Below, in pieces: positions 8,921 to 18,717 of a stretch of DNA of 64,000 nt. The notes beneath the pieces are model-generated. The model saw only the letters and a list, made by a program, of their open reading frames with translations. It did not search any database and was not told where the DNA came from. The stretch's first letter is position 1; each line of letters begins with the position of its first letter. The position numbers and the translations under genes are program-made. Source of the DNA: Candidatus Iainarchaeum sp. (GTDB taxonomy: Archaea; Iainarchaeota; Iainarchaeia; Iainarchaeales; VGJJ01); NCBI GenBank assembly GCA_030688545.1, contig JAUYHT010000008.1:84608-148607 (forward strand), in the 5' to 3' direction.

Positions 8921-9003
8921 GACATACCCCCGGCCTTGACCGTTTAGGATTAAGCTGTTTTGATGAAACTTTTTACTAAAAAATTTCGTATGAGGGAAAG
9001 GAG

Positions 9004-9516
9004 CTAGCGGGGGCGGTAGATTTCGGTGTCATTGGTGACGGTGGTGGAATACTTGGATTGGGCGATCTCCTCGCGGGCCTGCTGGCGGAGAACTTCAAAC
9101 GAGGGTCGGGGTTCTTCTTCCGCGGGAGGGGAAGCAGGGGTTTCGGGGTTTCCATCTGACGAAGGGGAAGTGGGTTGGGGCGTTTTGATGGTTTCTCCGG
9201 AACGGACTTCACGGAGGGTCACCGTTTTGGTGATGCCATTATCCTCCCATAAGGAAGCGAATGGAGTGGGGGAATGGATGTCGAGCCACACCTTGCGCTC
9301 GGAAGGATGCGCATACCCCTTTAATGTATACAACCGGTTGTAGGCGATCTGGACCTTGCTCTCTTGGATGGCATCCACGGTGAACAAGTAGGACCCATTT
9401 TTCAACACCTCGAACTGGTCCCCTTCCTTCACGGAATGGGAACGAAGTTCTCGCTTCTTGGCGAATGGCGGCTTCCAATCCTGGCGCAACTCTTCCACTT
9501 CGATGACCGCTTGCAT
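9004..9516 (-). CDS. hypothetical protein with Pro-rich C-terminus
   Basis: Coherent 170-aa ORF; no recognisable motif. Confidence 0.45.
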   Translation of the reverse strand: MQAVIEVEELRQDWKPPFAKKRELRSHSVKEGDQFEVLKNGSYLFTVDAIQESKVQIAYNRLYTLKGYAHPSERKVWLDIHSPTPFASLWEDNGITKTVTLREVRSGETIKTPQPTSPSSDGNPETPASPPAEEEPRPSFEVLRQQAREEIAQSKYSTTVTNDTEIYRPR

Positions 9517-9635
9517 ACAACTATCACTCCTAAATTGACGGATGACACGAGAACGGCCTCCATGTTTTTAATGGGAATAGATGACGGGAGTCAGGTTTCC
9601 ATGGACTTAAAAGCCTGGCACGCCCTAAAGGGAAT

Positions 9636-10712
9636 ATGGGTTTCCTGCAATGGCTGGATGAGGTTATTTCCCATATCCGACGGAAGCAAGCGGACCACGA
9701 GACCATAGGGAAAACCATTCGGGAACTCCCTCAAACGGTGGACCTGTCAGGGGAGGGGGCCCTCCGGAGACCCATGACCAAAGCGGGGGTGCAGGGGAAA
9801 GTAGGGGGAGTGGATTCAGGGTTTGTGTCCCAGTCATTCTATGCCATGGACCTGATGCTCGTGCGGGCAATGGGGGTGTGCTTCACCTATGAACAAGGGA
9901 AGATGGTGCGCGCGGAATATTGGCCGGAACACCCGGGGATGCCCCAGCCCATTGTGGATACGAAAGGATTGGAGCCGGATGAATTCAGGCGGTTTGTTTC
10001 ACTGACGCGAGTAAGGGCCGAAATGGACCAGGCGAGGGAACTCATCGCGAGGTGCCGACCAGATGTCATGTTTCTGGATGGGAGTTTGATCCTGCACCCC
10101 GCAGATAAGCCTGGGAATGAGAGCAAGCTGAAGGAGGAATATGAGATAGCCATCCGGAGTGGGGTGGCCTTGTATTCGGCGGCGGAGAAAGCCAATTGTT
10201 TGTTGATTGGGGCAGTGGAAGACTCGCGATCGACGAGGTTGAGTGAGATGCTGCGGAAGCAGTACCCTCACCACCCAATATTGGGAAAACAATTGGGAAA
10301 AGAACTCCAGGACGCGCCCCTCATGGATAAGGTGTTGCACGCCGGAGAAAGAAGCATCGCTTTCCGTGTGGCAGAGGATATCATGAAACACCCCATCCTG
10401 ATGGACTATCCATCCGAATGGGGGGCGCGGATGCACGCGAGCTACATCAAACCGTCCCCATGGGATTATCCCCTGCGGATTGAGTTCTTCAGCGGGAAAG
10501 AGGGGTTGACCGCGGCCGCGGACGCGGCAGCATCCCAGGCGTTTGCGCAAAGCAGCCTGCACAAGGAATACGCGTATCCCTCGGTGCTCATCGAAGCGGA
10601 CATGCGGGCGGGACTCAAGCCGGAGGAAGTGGATTTGGTGAGCGACAAAATCTTTTCTAAGATTGGACGGCACACCATTCACTTGAGGCGAAGGGACCGG
10701 CGGCCGTTCTGA
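9636..10712 (+). CDS. nurA: NurA 5'-3' nuclease
   Basis: GVDSGF...ANCLLIGAVEDSRS pattern of the NurA domain, and position immediately upstream of herA (operon-like). The start may lie further downstream. Confidence 0.75.
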   Translation: MGFLQWLDEVISHIRRKQADHETIGKTIRELPQTVDLSGEGALRRPMTKAGVQGKVGGVDSGFVSQSFYAMDLMLVRAMGVCFTYEQGKMVRAEYWPEHPGMPQPIVDTKGLEPDEFRRFVSLTRVRAEMDQARELIARCRPDVMFLDGSLILHPADKPGNESKLKEEYEIAIRSGVALYSAAEKANCLLIGAVEDSRSTRLSEMLRKQYPHHPILGKQLGKELQDAPLMDKVLHAGERSIAFRVAEDIMKHPILMDYPSEWGARMHASYIKPSPWDYPLRIEFFSGKEGLTAAADAAASQAFAQSSLHKEYAYPSVLIEADMRAGLKPEEVDLVSDKIFSKIGRHTIHLRRRDRRPF

Positions 10713-10753
10713 CAAAACAAACAGGATGGTTATAACGGAAGTCCGGCATCCAA

Positions 10754-12343
10754 ATGGTTAAAACAAGGAAGCGGGGTTTCTCTAGCATGGTTGACGAGAC
10801 AATTGAAGTGGGGACGGTAGTGTCCACGCCCGAAAGCCCTTCCCCCACGCGGGTGGATTTTGTGGTGACCAAGGGGAAGGTGCATCGGGGGCAATATGTG
10901 GAAATCCCATATGGAGAGGGCACCATCATCGGGTTGGTGGAAAATGTGCTGAAGACCAATAAGTATTTCGAGCGGGCCGATGCAGTGAAGGAATTCGAGG
11001 CCCAGGGAGCCAAGCTTTTTGAACAATTTCCGGTGCATGATTGGGAATATACTCTGGCGCAGACCAACCCATTAGGATTGTTCACGGCTGAAAATAGGAT
11101 CAAGCGCATGACCTATCCCCCTTCCCCGGGAAGCAAGGTGTTCATCGCCCACCCCACTAGTATCACGCGGTTCTTGGCCCTGGATATGGAGGCCGGGTTG
11201 GAATTGGGGGAAATGGAATTCCATCCGGTGAAAGTGAGGCTGAACCTATCCAAAATGTTCCAGAAACACGTAGCCATTTTGGCAGTTTCCGGCGCAGGAA
11301 AATCGTGGTCGGTGGCTTGCCTGCTTGAGGAATTGCTTAAACGGAAGAAAGAGCATGGGCGGATGGCCACGGTGGTGTTCGATGTGCACGGGGAATACAC
11401 TAATTTTGCCCAGCCGGTAACGGAAAAAAAATATACTGATTTCTCGGGGAAGACCAAAATTATCCGGGCACGGGACCTGCGGATTGGAGTGCCAAAGATT
11501 AGCGCGGGGATGTTCTTCGCGCTGCTGCCCCATGCTTCCCCCGCGCAGAAGCGGGAGTTGATGAAAATCCTTGGGCACTTGCGTCAAAAAATGGTAGAGG
11601 GGCATGGGCCCTATGATTTGCAATCTATCAAGGAGGAGCTGTTAGGGGAACTGCAAGAGAAAGAGGGAAAGGAAAGCACGATTCAAGCATTAATCGGGTG
11701 GATGCATGAGTTGGAGAGCCTGGACCTATTCGGGAAAGCGGATAACCCATCTTTGCTTGATTTGGTGCAGCCGGGGATATTGACTATTGTAGATTTGAGT
11801 GATGTCATCCACCAGAGGAAGAAGCAGGTGATTGTGCATTATCTGGCGTCCCGGCTGTTTAATGAGAGGAGAAACAAAAATATCCCCCCCACCCTTATTG
11901 TATTGGAGGAAGCGCATAATTTCATCCCCAACCAAGTCAAGCGGGAGGAGAGTATTACTAAGAGTATTATGCGCACGATCGCCCGGGAGGGAAGGAAGTT
12001 TGGGGTGAGTTTGTGCCTTATATCCCAACGACCCATTCAATTGGATACGACGACGCTATCGCAATGCAATACGCAATTACTCCTGCGCATCACTAATCCT
12101 TACGACTTGAAACATATTGGGGAGAGTGCGGAGGGGTTGACCTCGCAGAGCATGGGAATGCTATCATCTTTACGCGTGGGGGAAGCCCTTTTGATTGGGG
12201 AAGCGGTGAACGCCCCCACTTTCTTCAAAGTAAGGAATAGGGAATCCCAGCCCTCGCGGCATGAAGGGACGCTGGAGCAAGCGGGGATTGCTTTTGAAAA
12301 AGGGTTAGAAAAAAATAGGAAAGAGACGGAAGATTTATTGTGA
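10754..12343 (+). CDS. herA: HerA DNA helicase/translocase (FtsK-HerA superfamily ATPase)
   Basis: Walker A AILAVSGAGKSWSVA, Walker B IVLEEAHNFIP, and HerA-type N-terminal barrel region. Confidence 0.85.
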   Translation: MVKTRKRGFSSMVDETIEVGTVVSTPESPSPTRVDFVVTKGKVHRGQYVEIPYGEGTIIGLVENVLKTNKYFERADAVKEFEAQGAKLFEQFPVHDWEYTLAQTNPLGLFTAENRIKRMTYPPSPGSKVFIAHPTSITRFLALDMEAGLELGEMEFHPVKVRLNLSKMFQKHVAILAVSGAGKSWSVACLLEELLKRKKEHGRMATVVFDVHGEYTNFAQPVTEKKYTDFSGKTKIIRARDLRIGVPKISAGMFFALLPHASPAQKRELMKILGHLRQKMVEGHGPYDLQSIKEELLGELQEKEGKESTIQALIGWMHELESLDLFGKADNPSLLDLVQPGILTIVDLSDVIHQRKKQVIVHYLASRLFNERRNKNIPPTLIVLEEAHNFIPNQVKREESITKSIMRTIAREGRKFGVSLCLISQRPIQLDTTTLSQCNTQLLLRITNPYDLKHIGESAEGLTSQSMGMLSSLRVGEALLIGEAVNAPTFFKVRNRESQPSRHEGTLEQAGIAFEKGLEKNRKETEDLL

Positions 12344-12537
12344 AGGAGAGGGGGAATTCCCAAACGAAATTTCTTATTATGTAGCATCAATATACATAAC
12401 ATAATTTCTTTTTTGTCCAAAATAGTATTTTTCTTTTATGTCGCAACAGAGGAGGAATTGAAGTAGATACTCCTGAATTCACAAAAACCTGTAACTCGCT
12501 CCACGGAACCAATGGCGGTTCACCCTTCCGTAGCGAC

Positions 12538-12544
12538 TATATAA
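12538..12544 (+). promoter_or_regulatory. TATATAA box centred about 26 nt upstream of the ATG at 12567
   Basis: Seen directly; AT-rich 217-nt intergenic region also contains a TTATGTA-N9-TACATAA inverted repeat. Confidence 0.45.
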
Positions 12545-12566
12545 GCCGCCACCCAGGACCTTGAGA

Positions 12567-13856
12567 ATGACTCCCCCTACGTATAGTCTGGTATCAGTGT
12601 CCACCCGCTCCGAGAAAAAAGGAGTGGAGGTCATCTTCGCTTCCCCCCAGAAGCGCCTATCCAAATTCTATCCTTTCTTCCCCAGCCTCTTCCTCCCGCA
12701 CCACCTTCAAAATACATTCGATGAGCTCCTTCCCCAGCTCGACCTTCCCAAATATCAAACCATTACTCACCCTCATTCCCTCCAGGTGACGGCCACTCAT
12801 TTTGAGGACCTCAAGCGCATCGCGCACGCGGTGTTCCAGCACACCGCCTATTATCCCTCCCTCCTCGAACCCGAGCGCCAATTCCTACTGCTTCAGGGAT
12901 GGCGTTATTTCCAAGGATTCGATGACCACGGCAACCCCCTTCCTCACCTATTTGGGGACACCCGCCTGGACGAGATGACGGACAGCCTGCACCCCACCCT
13001 GAATGCGCTTCGCACGCACAACCCGCATGTGTGGAAAGACATTATGGAACGCCTCGCCCTCTCGCATGAATTGTTCATCCCCTATACGGCCGTGCCCCCC
13101 TCTCCCGAAGAGCGGTTGAACACTCTCCTCGAAAATCATTTCTTCACCCACACGCATGCCCAACCTATCACTCCCGGACAACGACTCACCACTTCCACTT
13201 GGAGCATGGGCGAAAGGGAATTGGCCAAGAGACGCGTATTTCAAACGCCCCTCGAAGGGGAAGGACAATGCGCCTGCTGCCGCCCCCAAATGGCCATCGA
13301 ATCGCACGTGCATCCCGGGACGCTCGTGGAGGCTATCGCCACCCAGGATGGGGTGTACATCCACACCCACCAGGAAGCAATGAGCACTGCCTATGATACT
13401 ACTCATGATCATTCCACTCGACGCATTTCTCATGCCCGGGAATGGGGATTACGCATCCTCCCCATTGGTCCCTTGCACCGGGAGGAAAAAATCCTTATTC
13501 CCCTCACCGATGCTCTCGCGGCCCACCACCAAGGATTAATCACCATTCATTTGCCCGAGAATGCCGCGTGGCATTGCCACCGCACTCCTTTTCTTCTCGC
13601 CCGGTTGAAGAACGCATTGGATGAGCGCCTCAGTTCCCACCAGACGCAGGAAACCATGCTCCTCCAGCCCTACCTCCAACAATACCAATTGGCCTTCACC
13701 CAGTATTCCCAAACCAACCCCACTGTCCAATTCCACCATGCCGCTTCCACTATCATCCAAAATCTTTATGGGGGCCTCGCCTGGCACCTGGTACAAGGAC
13801 CCACCCCCTGGAGGGATGCCACCATGGCTCGCCTCCTCTCCCAATCCCTTCCCTGA
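12567..13856 (+). CDS. His-rich hypothetical protein between herA and rpoK
   Basis: Long ORF; the first ATG at 12567 follows a TTG-initiated track ORF. Multiple His clusters (HTHAQP, HVHPGT, HTHQEAM..THDHS). No calcineurin-like phosphoesterase motifs identified. Confidence 0.5.
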   Translation: MTPPTYSLVSVSTRSEKKGVEVIFASPQKRLSKFYPFFPSLFLPHHLQNTFDELLPQLDLPKYQTITHPHSLQVTATHFEDLKRIAHAVFQHTAYYPSLLEPERQFLLLQGWRYFQGFDDHGNPLPHLFGDTRLDEMTDSLHPTLNALRTHNPHVWKDIMERLALSHELFIPYTAVPPSPEERLNTLLENHFFTHTHAQPITPGQRLTTSTWSMGERELAKRRVFQTPLEGEGQCACCRPQMAIESHVHPGTLVEAIATQDGVYIHTHQEAMSTAYDTTHDHSTRRISHAREWGLRILPIGPLHREEKILIPLTDALAAHHQGLITIHLPENAAWHCHRTPFLLARLKNALDERLSSHQTQETMLLQPYLQQYQLAFTQYSQTNPTVQFHHAASTIIQNLYGGLAWHLVQGPTPWRDATMARLLSQSLP

Positions 13857-13905
13857 TCGCACGAAAGGGGTTATTTAAATACGTTTCTCCGGGGTCTTCT
13901 CGTAT

Positions 13906-14127
13906 ATGGAAGGCAAAACCATCCCCACACTCACCCGGTTTGAAAAAACGCGCCTCATCGGGGCGCGCGCCCTCCAACTCGCTTTCGGTGCCCCCACCCT
14001 GCTCGACACCAAAAAGATCACCTCCCCCTATGACCTGGCCAAAATGGAGTTTGACGAGAAAACCATTCCCCTATCCGTGGTACGTATGCTCCCCAATGGC
14101 CAGCAGATTAGGATTGAGGTGATCTGA
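13906..14127 (+). CDS. rpoK: DNA-directed RNA polymerase subunit K (Rpb6/omega homologue)
   Basis: TRFEKTRLIGARALQLAFGAP motif is diagnostic of RpoK. Confidence 0.85.
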   Translation: MEGKTIPTLTRFEKTRLIGARALQLAFGAPTLLDTKKITSPYDLAKMEFDEKTIPLSVVRMLPNGQQIRIEVI

Positions 14128-14128
14128 T

Positions 14129-14404
14129 ATGGGAAAAGCCGTTCCAAAAGGGATCAAGAGCCGCGCCCATTTAGTCATGAAAGAATTTCCAGAGAACGTA
14201 GGGGTTGTATTCGAACACAACAAGACATTCCTCAATGAACTGAAACTCCCCATCTCCAAATGGACGCGCAATGTGATGACAGGTTTCGTCACCCGCACCA
14301 AGAAAAAAGAGGCCAAGGCCGCCCAACAAAAAGAAGATGCCCGCATCAAACGCGAAGCCAAAGCCCAACCCAAGACCGAAGAGCCAACACCCCCCGCTCA
14401 GTGA
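14129..14404 (+). CDS. rps17e: ribosomal protein eS17 (S17e)
   Basis: Pattern MGK...K..A......E......F..NK.....L..P.SK..RN...G.VTR matches eS17; start is 1 nt after the rpoK stop. Confidence 0.8.
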   Translation: MGKAVPKGIKSRAHLVMKEFPENVGVVFEHNKTFLNELKLPISKWTRNVMTGFVTRTKKKEAKAAQQKEDARIKREAKAQPKTEEPTPPAQ

Positions 14405-16761
14405 ACGGGGGTCCCGCCCCCTAATGGTTTGAGCAGGGGGATGGTAATCCCATCCTCATCCTTCTCCCTCTGCAACACATACAAAGATCCGGTCGCCGCC
14501 TTCTCTATTTCCGGAGCATGGGTGATGACAAATACCTGATCCACCAGTAATGGGAGTCGCTCCCGCAGCATCATGGCCAGCATGTTCACGGATTTAGAAT
14601 CCAGATTGTGCGTGGGCTCGTCTAAAATAACCCAACTCAATTGCCGCGTGAGCACGAAAGCCAAGGCCATGCGTAATGCCAGCGCGGCCGCGCTCCGCTC
14701 GCCCCCCGACAAAGCGGATTCTGCCGCCACCCAATTCCCCGACCGCTCCTGGAGCATGAGCACATAATCACTGTCCTCGATCTTCAATCGCGCGGTACGG
14801 AAATCCTGATAGGGGTACACTGAGGGCCACATCTCATCCAAAGCCGCATTAATGGCCTCCACCACGGACGTACGCAACTGTTCCTGCGTCACCTGCAACG
14901 CATGAGAGAAAATCCCCAACTGTTCCGTGATTTCCCCCGCGCGGGCGATACGAACCCTCACTTTTTCCTGTTCGCCCATCACCTTTTCCGCATCCCTCAC
15001 ACGCCCTTCTAACTCTTCCACCATCCTGAAAATCCAATCCTTTTCCTTTCGGGCGTTCCCCCATTCATTCTGGATTATGGATAATGCTTTATGCGCCTCC
15101 ACCACCTCATCCTGTTCCACGGCGATAGCTTCCGCCTGTTTCTTTAGGTCATCCATCTCCACACCCAATTTTCCCAACTCGACCACGGATGTATGATTTT
15201 GCACGGCTTTCTCTAACTCCAGGACCTGCGTCCGCCATCCCTCCAATGCCTCATTTGAAATGGGGGGACCCATTGCCTCCACTTGCTTCTGAGCGGCTTC
15301 CCATTCAATAGTGGCCCGCCCCATTTCTTCTTCCGTTTTGATCAGATCGGCTTCTTTGCTGAGAAGAATATCCAACCGCCCCACATGGGATTGCAAACCC
15401 TTCATCACGGCATCCACCCCCGACATGTCCTTCCGAAGGTGTTCCTGCTCTTTCTCACTCGCCTCCAGTTCCTGCGCCAGTCCCGCCCGCCTTCCCACGA
15501 TGTCCGCCAATAGCTGTTTCTTGTGCCCCTCCTCCATTTCCCGCTTGCACGTAGGGCATTGGGCATGAAGAGCTGCTAAACCTTTCTCTTCGTCCTCCAG
15601 GAAATGCATCCGCTCCTGGAGCACCTTGATCTTTGAATGGGCATTCTGGAGGGCTTGTTGAGCATGTTGCTGGCGCATCTCCAGATCATGCCTCTGTCCC
15701 ATAATTTGGGTATGCTCCCCCCGCCATTCGGAAAATGTTTTCCCACTCAAAAATGAATGTGCCTCTCTAATCCTATTCTGCAGAAAATCGACCTTCTGCG
15801 CGGCCTTCACCATAACCTGTTCGCGCTGCCGATACAATTCTTGGGCGGCCAAGGCCGCGGTGGCTTGTTTGGATAAACCTTCTTTCGACTCCAGCAACAA
15901 TGGCAATGCCTTCCCCGCCCACTGGGGATACGCGGACTCGAACGCGGCCACCTGCTCGCGTAGCATCTCCTGACGCGCTCGCTTCTTTTGGAGGATGTGA
16001 TTCAAGGCTTGCGTCCGCTCCCATTTTATTTCCAATTCCTTTACCCGTTTTTCCTCACTCGCCACTTTCTCCCTGAAACCTGATTCCTTTTCCTCCCATT
16101 CCCGCATGGAGGACTGGTGCGCGCTGATCTTGAGACGCAGCGCATTCACATCCACCTCCTCCAGCATTCTGGAAAACTGCTCCAGGGAACGCTGATGACC
16201 CTCCATGCCCTTCCTGAAATGAGATACCACCGCATGGGCATTCATCCTCACCGTTTCATATTTCTGGAGGTCCAACAGCTCATCGAACTTCCTCTTCCTA
16301 TCCCCCGGGTTCATCTTGAGGAAATAGTCCAGTTGGTTCTGCTCCGAATACACCGCGCGGGTAAACAATTCATACGAAACATCCAACTCCTTCTCGATAC
16401 GCTCAGTGACTTGCGTGGGCTTGGGACCCGCGATCAAAGTCTCATTGGCCCACAACCTCGCCTCATTCGAGCCCGTGCGCTTAAGGAGACGCTCCACCTT
16501 GTAGGCTTTTCCATTAACCGAAAAACAGACTTCCACCCGCGCCTCGTCCATGGGAACAGGCTTACGCATCAGCACATCCTCCCCATTCAGGCGATTGGAT
16601 TTTAAGGCAGGAAATGTGCCGAACAACCCATAACACAACCCATCCGTCACACTGGTCTTCCCCGACCCGATGACTCCCACCAGGACATTGGTGCCCTTCC
16701 TAAACTTTAATGTAGACTCCTTGTGGGTGCGCCAGTTCTCTAAGGTAATGGAATCAATCAT
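14398..16761 (-). CDS. rad50: Rad50 SMC-like ATPase with CxxC zinc hook
   Basis: N-terminal Walker A GVIGSGKTS, long coiled coil, central CPTC hook, C-terminal signature LSGGERSAAALALRMALAFVL and Walker B ILDEP. Confidence 0.9.
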   Translation of the reverse strand: MIDSITLENWRTHKESTLKFRKGTNVLVGVIGSGKTSVTDGLCYGLFGTFPALKSNRLNGEDVLMRKPVPMDEARVEVCFSVNGKAYKVERLLKRTGSNEARLWANETLIAGPKPTQVTERIEKELDVSYELFTRAVYSEQNQLDYFLKMNPGDRKRKFDELLDLQKYETVRMNAHAVVSHFRKGMEGHQRSLEQFSRMLEEVDVNALRLKISAHQSSMREWEEKESGFREKVASEEKRVKELEIKWERTQALNHILQKKRARQEMLREQVAAFESAYPQWAGKALPLLLESKEGLSKQATAALAAQELYRQREQVMVKAAQKVDFLQNRIREAHSFLSGKTFSEWRGEHTQIMGQRHDLEMRQQHAQQALQNAHSKIKVLQERMHFLEDEEKGLAALHAQCPTCKREMEEGHKKQLLADIVGRRAGLAQELEASEKEQEHLRKDMSGVDAVMKGLQSHVGRLDILLSKEADLIKTEEEMGRATIEWEAAQKQVEAMGPPISNEALEGWRTQVLELEKAVQNHTSVVELGKLGVEMDDLKKQAEAIAVEQDEVVEAHKALSIIQNEWGNARKEKDWIFRMVEELEGRVRDAEKVMGEQEKVRVRIARAGEITEQLGIFSHALQVTQEQLRTSVVEAINAALDEMWPSVYPYQDFRTARLKIEDSDYVLMLQERSGNWVAAESALSGGERSAAALALRMALAFVLTRQLSWVILDEPTHNLDSKSVNMLAMMLRERLPLLVDQVFVITHAPEIEKAATGSLYVLQREKDEDGITIPLLKPLGGGTPVH

Positions 16762-16878
16762 GCATTAGCACTACGGCCCTTCAGGATTAATAGGTACCGG
16801 AACCTATGGCGTTTTCCCAAAAATAGCTTTAAAAGGCCAATGAATCTTATATTATCATTAAACAATTTTAATTAATGA

Positions 16879-18039
16879 TTGTATATGACCAACCCTTACG
16901 ACCCACAAAACCCAGCCAAACCCGATTATTTTGGTGGACGCAAGCACATCCTTGAAATGGCCATCCAACGCATCGAAAAAGCATTGATGCAACGCCAATC
17001 GGGAGGAATCATGGTGTATGGTCACCGGGGAGTTGGGAAAACATCGCTCGTCCATAAAATAATGAACCTAACCGATAAACAAACTAATAATGAAGCCATC
17101 ACTATATACCGTCGCCTTGGAAAAACGATTTCGGACACGGAGCTATATCAGATTCTAACCGAAGAACTCATCGAAAAAATTGATTATAGAAAAAATCTCA
17201 TCGACAGGACAAAGGATGCCGCAAAGAAACTAAAATCGATAAAAGCCTATGACATCGAGTTTGCAATTACAAAGGAATTCAAACAGAAAAGTCCCTTTCA
17301 CCAGTGGCGCGCGCTAATCCGCGACATCAAGAATGTCCCTTTTATTCTCATCGCAATTGACGATGCCGATCAGCTATCGCATGAAGCATTAGGAGAATTG
17401 AAAACGATCATAGAAGATCAGAAGAACACTCCGGTTTTATTGCTTATCTCTGGAGGGATTGAATTCGAAAATAAATTAGTGGACGATTATTCCCCTATCG
17501 CGAGAGCCTTTTCCGGCGCTGCTTTCAATCTAAGCGAATTCATTCTAGAAGAAACAAAGGAGGCACTTGAAAAACCAGTGCTTGGAACCACCACAAAATG
17601 GGACGTTGAAGCCATCCACGAGGTACAAGAATTATCTCGCGGTTACCCTTATCTTGTCCAATGCATTGCCAGTGCGAGCCATTTGGATAGCGGGATTATC
17701 ACCCGAAAGCGCGTGATCGAAAAAATCGATGCCGCATTGAAACTAGGAAGCCCGTGGTTGAATCACGAACTTCAAAAAGCTTCAGATCATGACATAAATT
17801 GTTTTCTGCGAATAGTTGATTTAGATAAGGACATTTTCAAAAGTAATGAGATGACAAAAGTAGGAATTCAACCAGTATATATCAGCCGACTCATCAATCT
17901 AGGAGTAATCGAACAGATAAACCGCGGGAGATACCGCTTATTGAAGCCACCCATCGTTGCCTTCTACCATAGTCTCAAACGAGGATTAATCCCATCTATA
18001 AATAGAAAAGGAATGCAGGGGAAACTACCGACCAGTTAA
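16879..18039 (+). CDS. AAA+ ATPase of the archaeal-ATPase (PF01637-like) type with C-terminal winged-helix region
   Basis: Walker A GHRGVGKTS, Walker B FILIAIDDADQL. Lower GC than the flanking core genes. Confidence 0.6.
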   Translation: MYMTNPYDPQNPAKPDYFGGRKHILEMAIQRIEKALMQRQSGGIMVYGHRGVGKTSLVHKIMNLTDKQTNNEAITIYRRLGKTISDTELYQILTEELIEKIDYRKNLIDRTKDAAKKLKSIKAYDIEFAITKEFKQKSPFHQWRALIRDIKNVPFILIAIDDADQLSHEALGELKTIIEDQKNTPVLLLISGGIEFENKLVDDYSPIARAFSGAAFNLSEFILEETKEALEKPVLGTTTKWDVEAIHEVQELSRGYPYLVQCIASASHLDSGIITRKRVIEKIDAALKLGSPWLNHELQKASDHDINCFLRIVDLDKDIFKSNEMTKVGIQPVYISRLINLGVIEQINRGRYRLLKPPIVAFYHSLKRGLIPSINRKGMQGKLPTS

Positions 18040-18296
18040 ACCAGGGTCATGCCTTCCACTTCAGCGTTCTCCACCGAGGGAAGGGATTCGATTTCTTTAG
18101 TGAGGGCTTCCAAGGCCCCATCCTGCTTCTCGGGAATCAGGTACCCGACTTTCAACACGATGATTCCAAAGCCCACTTCCACCCGTTGAACGTCCTTGAA
18201 ATCCCCATTGGCCACGGCCTTCAATTCCTTCTCCGTGACCTCTAATTGTTCCAAATCCTTAGGATTCACCTTGTAAATGACAAACGTCTTACCCAT
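18036..18296 (-). CDS. ef1b: translation elongation factor aEF-1 beta
   Basis: About 86 aa; the pattern VEVGFGIIVLKV...ENAEVEGMTLV matches the archaeal EF-1beta family. The usual small zinc-ribbon gene lies immediately upstream. Confidence 0.8.
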   Translation of the reverse strand: MGKTFVIYKVNPKDLEQLEVTEKELKAVANGDFKDVQRVEVGFGIIVLKVGYLIPEKQDGALEALTKEIESLPSVENAEVEGMTLV

Positions 18297-18308
18297 ATGG
18301 AAATCTCC

Positions 18309-18473
18309 CTACGGACCCACGAATTCGCCCTCTTTGCAGGCGAAAGAACGCACGGTTTCCCGACACCGCTGACAGCGAACAATCTTTTCCTTTTCATGCA
18401 CGGGGCACCGGAATTCGATATAATTCCCCATCACCTGGGTGTTGCAGGACGAACAGATCTTCATAGAACTCAT
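18309..18473 (-). CDS. small zinc-ribbon protein (54 aa; COG2888-like) commonly found adjacent to aEF-1beta
   Basis: Manually translated: MSSMKICSSCNTQVMGNYIEFRCPVHEKEKIVRCQRCRETVRSFACKEGEFVGP; two CxxC pairs. Confidence 0.7.
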   Translation of the reverse strand: MSSMKICSSCNTQVMGNYIEFRCPVHEKEKIVRCQRCRETVRSFACKEGEFVGP

Positions 18474-18577
18474 GCCCTCCCCAACGTTTAAAAACGGAAC
18501 TCAGCCCCTGGGCCTCCACTTGGGGGCGGGGTTGGTTTAATACCCCTTCTCCTTCTGGATACTGAAAGGAAACGGCT

Positions 18578-18652
18578 GGCCCCGTAGCTTAGTCTGGATA
18601 GAGTGTCGGGCTTCGGACCCGAAGGTCGGGGGTTCAAATCCCTCCGGGGTCG
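18578..18652 (+). tRNA. tRNA-Arg (anticodon TCG)
   Basis: Folded by hand: acceptor GGCCCCG/CGGGGTC, D-arm GCTT..GAGT, anticodon stem TCGGG/CCCGA with loop CTTCGGA, 5-nt variable loop, T-arm GGGGG-TTCAAAT-CCCTC, discriminator G; no encoded CCA. Confidence 0.85.
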
Positions 18653-18717
18653 CTAAATCGTAAAGTCAACGTGCGCTAAAAGTCTTTTTAGGGAGCAACC
18701 GCACGCAGATGATATGA

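Noticed and set aside
9999-10715. 238-aa minus-strand ORF opposite nurA (antisense-type long ORFs also occur at 47362..47979 opposite elp3 and 56670..57317 opposite rfc)
   Set aside because: Antisense to genes with strong family motifs. GC-rich archaeal coding regions commonly produce long spurious antisense ORFs.
12567-13856. Possibility that the His-rich protein is the missing Mre11
   Set aside because: No recognisable calcineurin-like phosphoesterase motifs (D.H, GDxxD, GNHE, GHxH) could be identified by eye. It is kept as a hypothetical protein.
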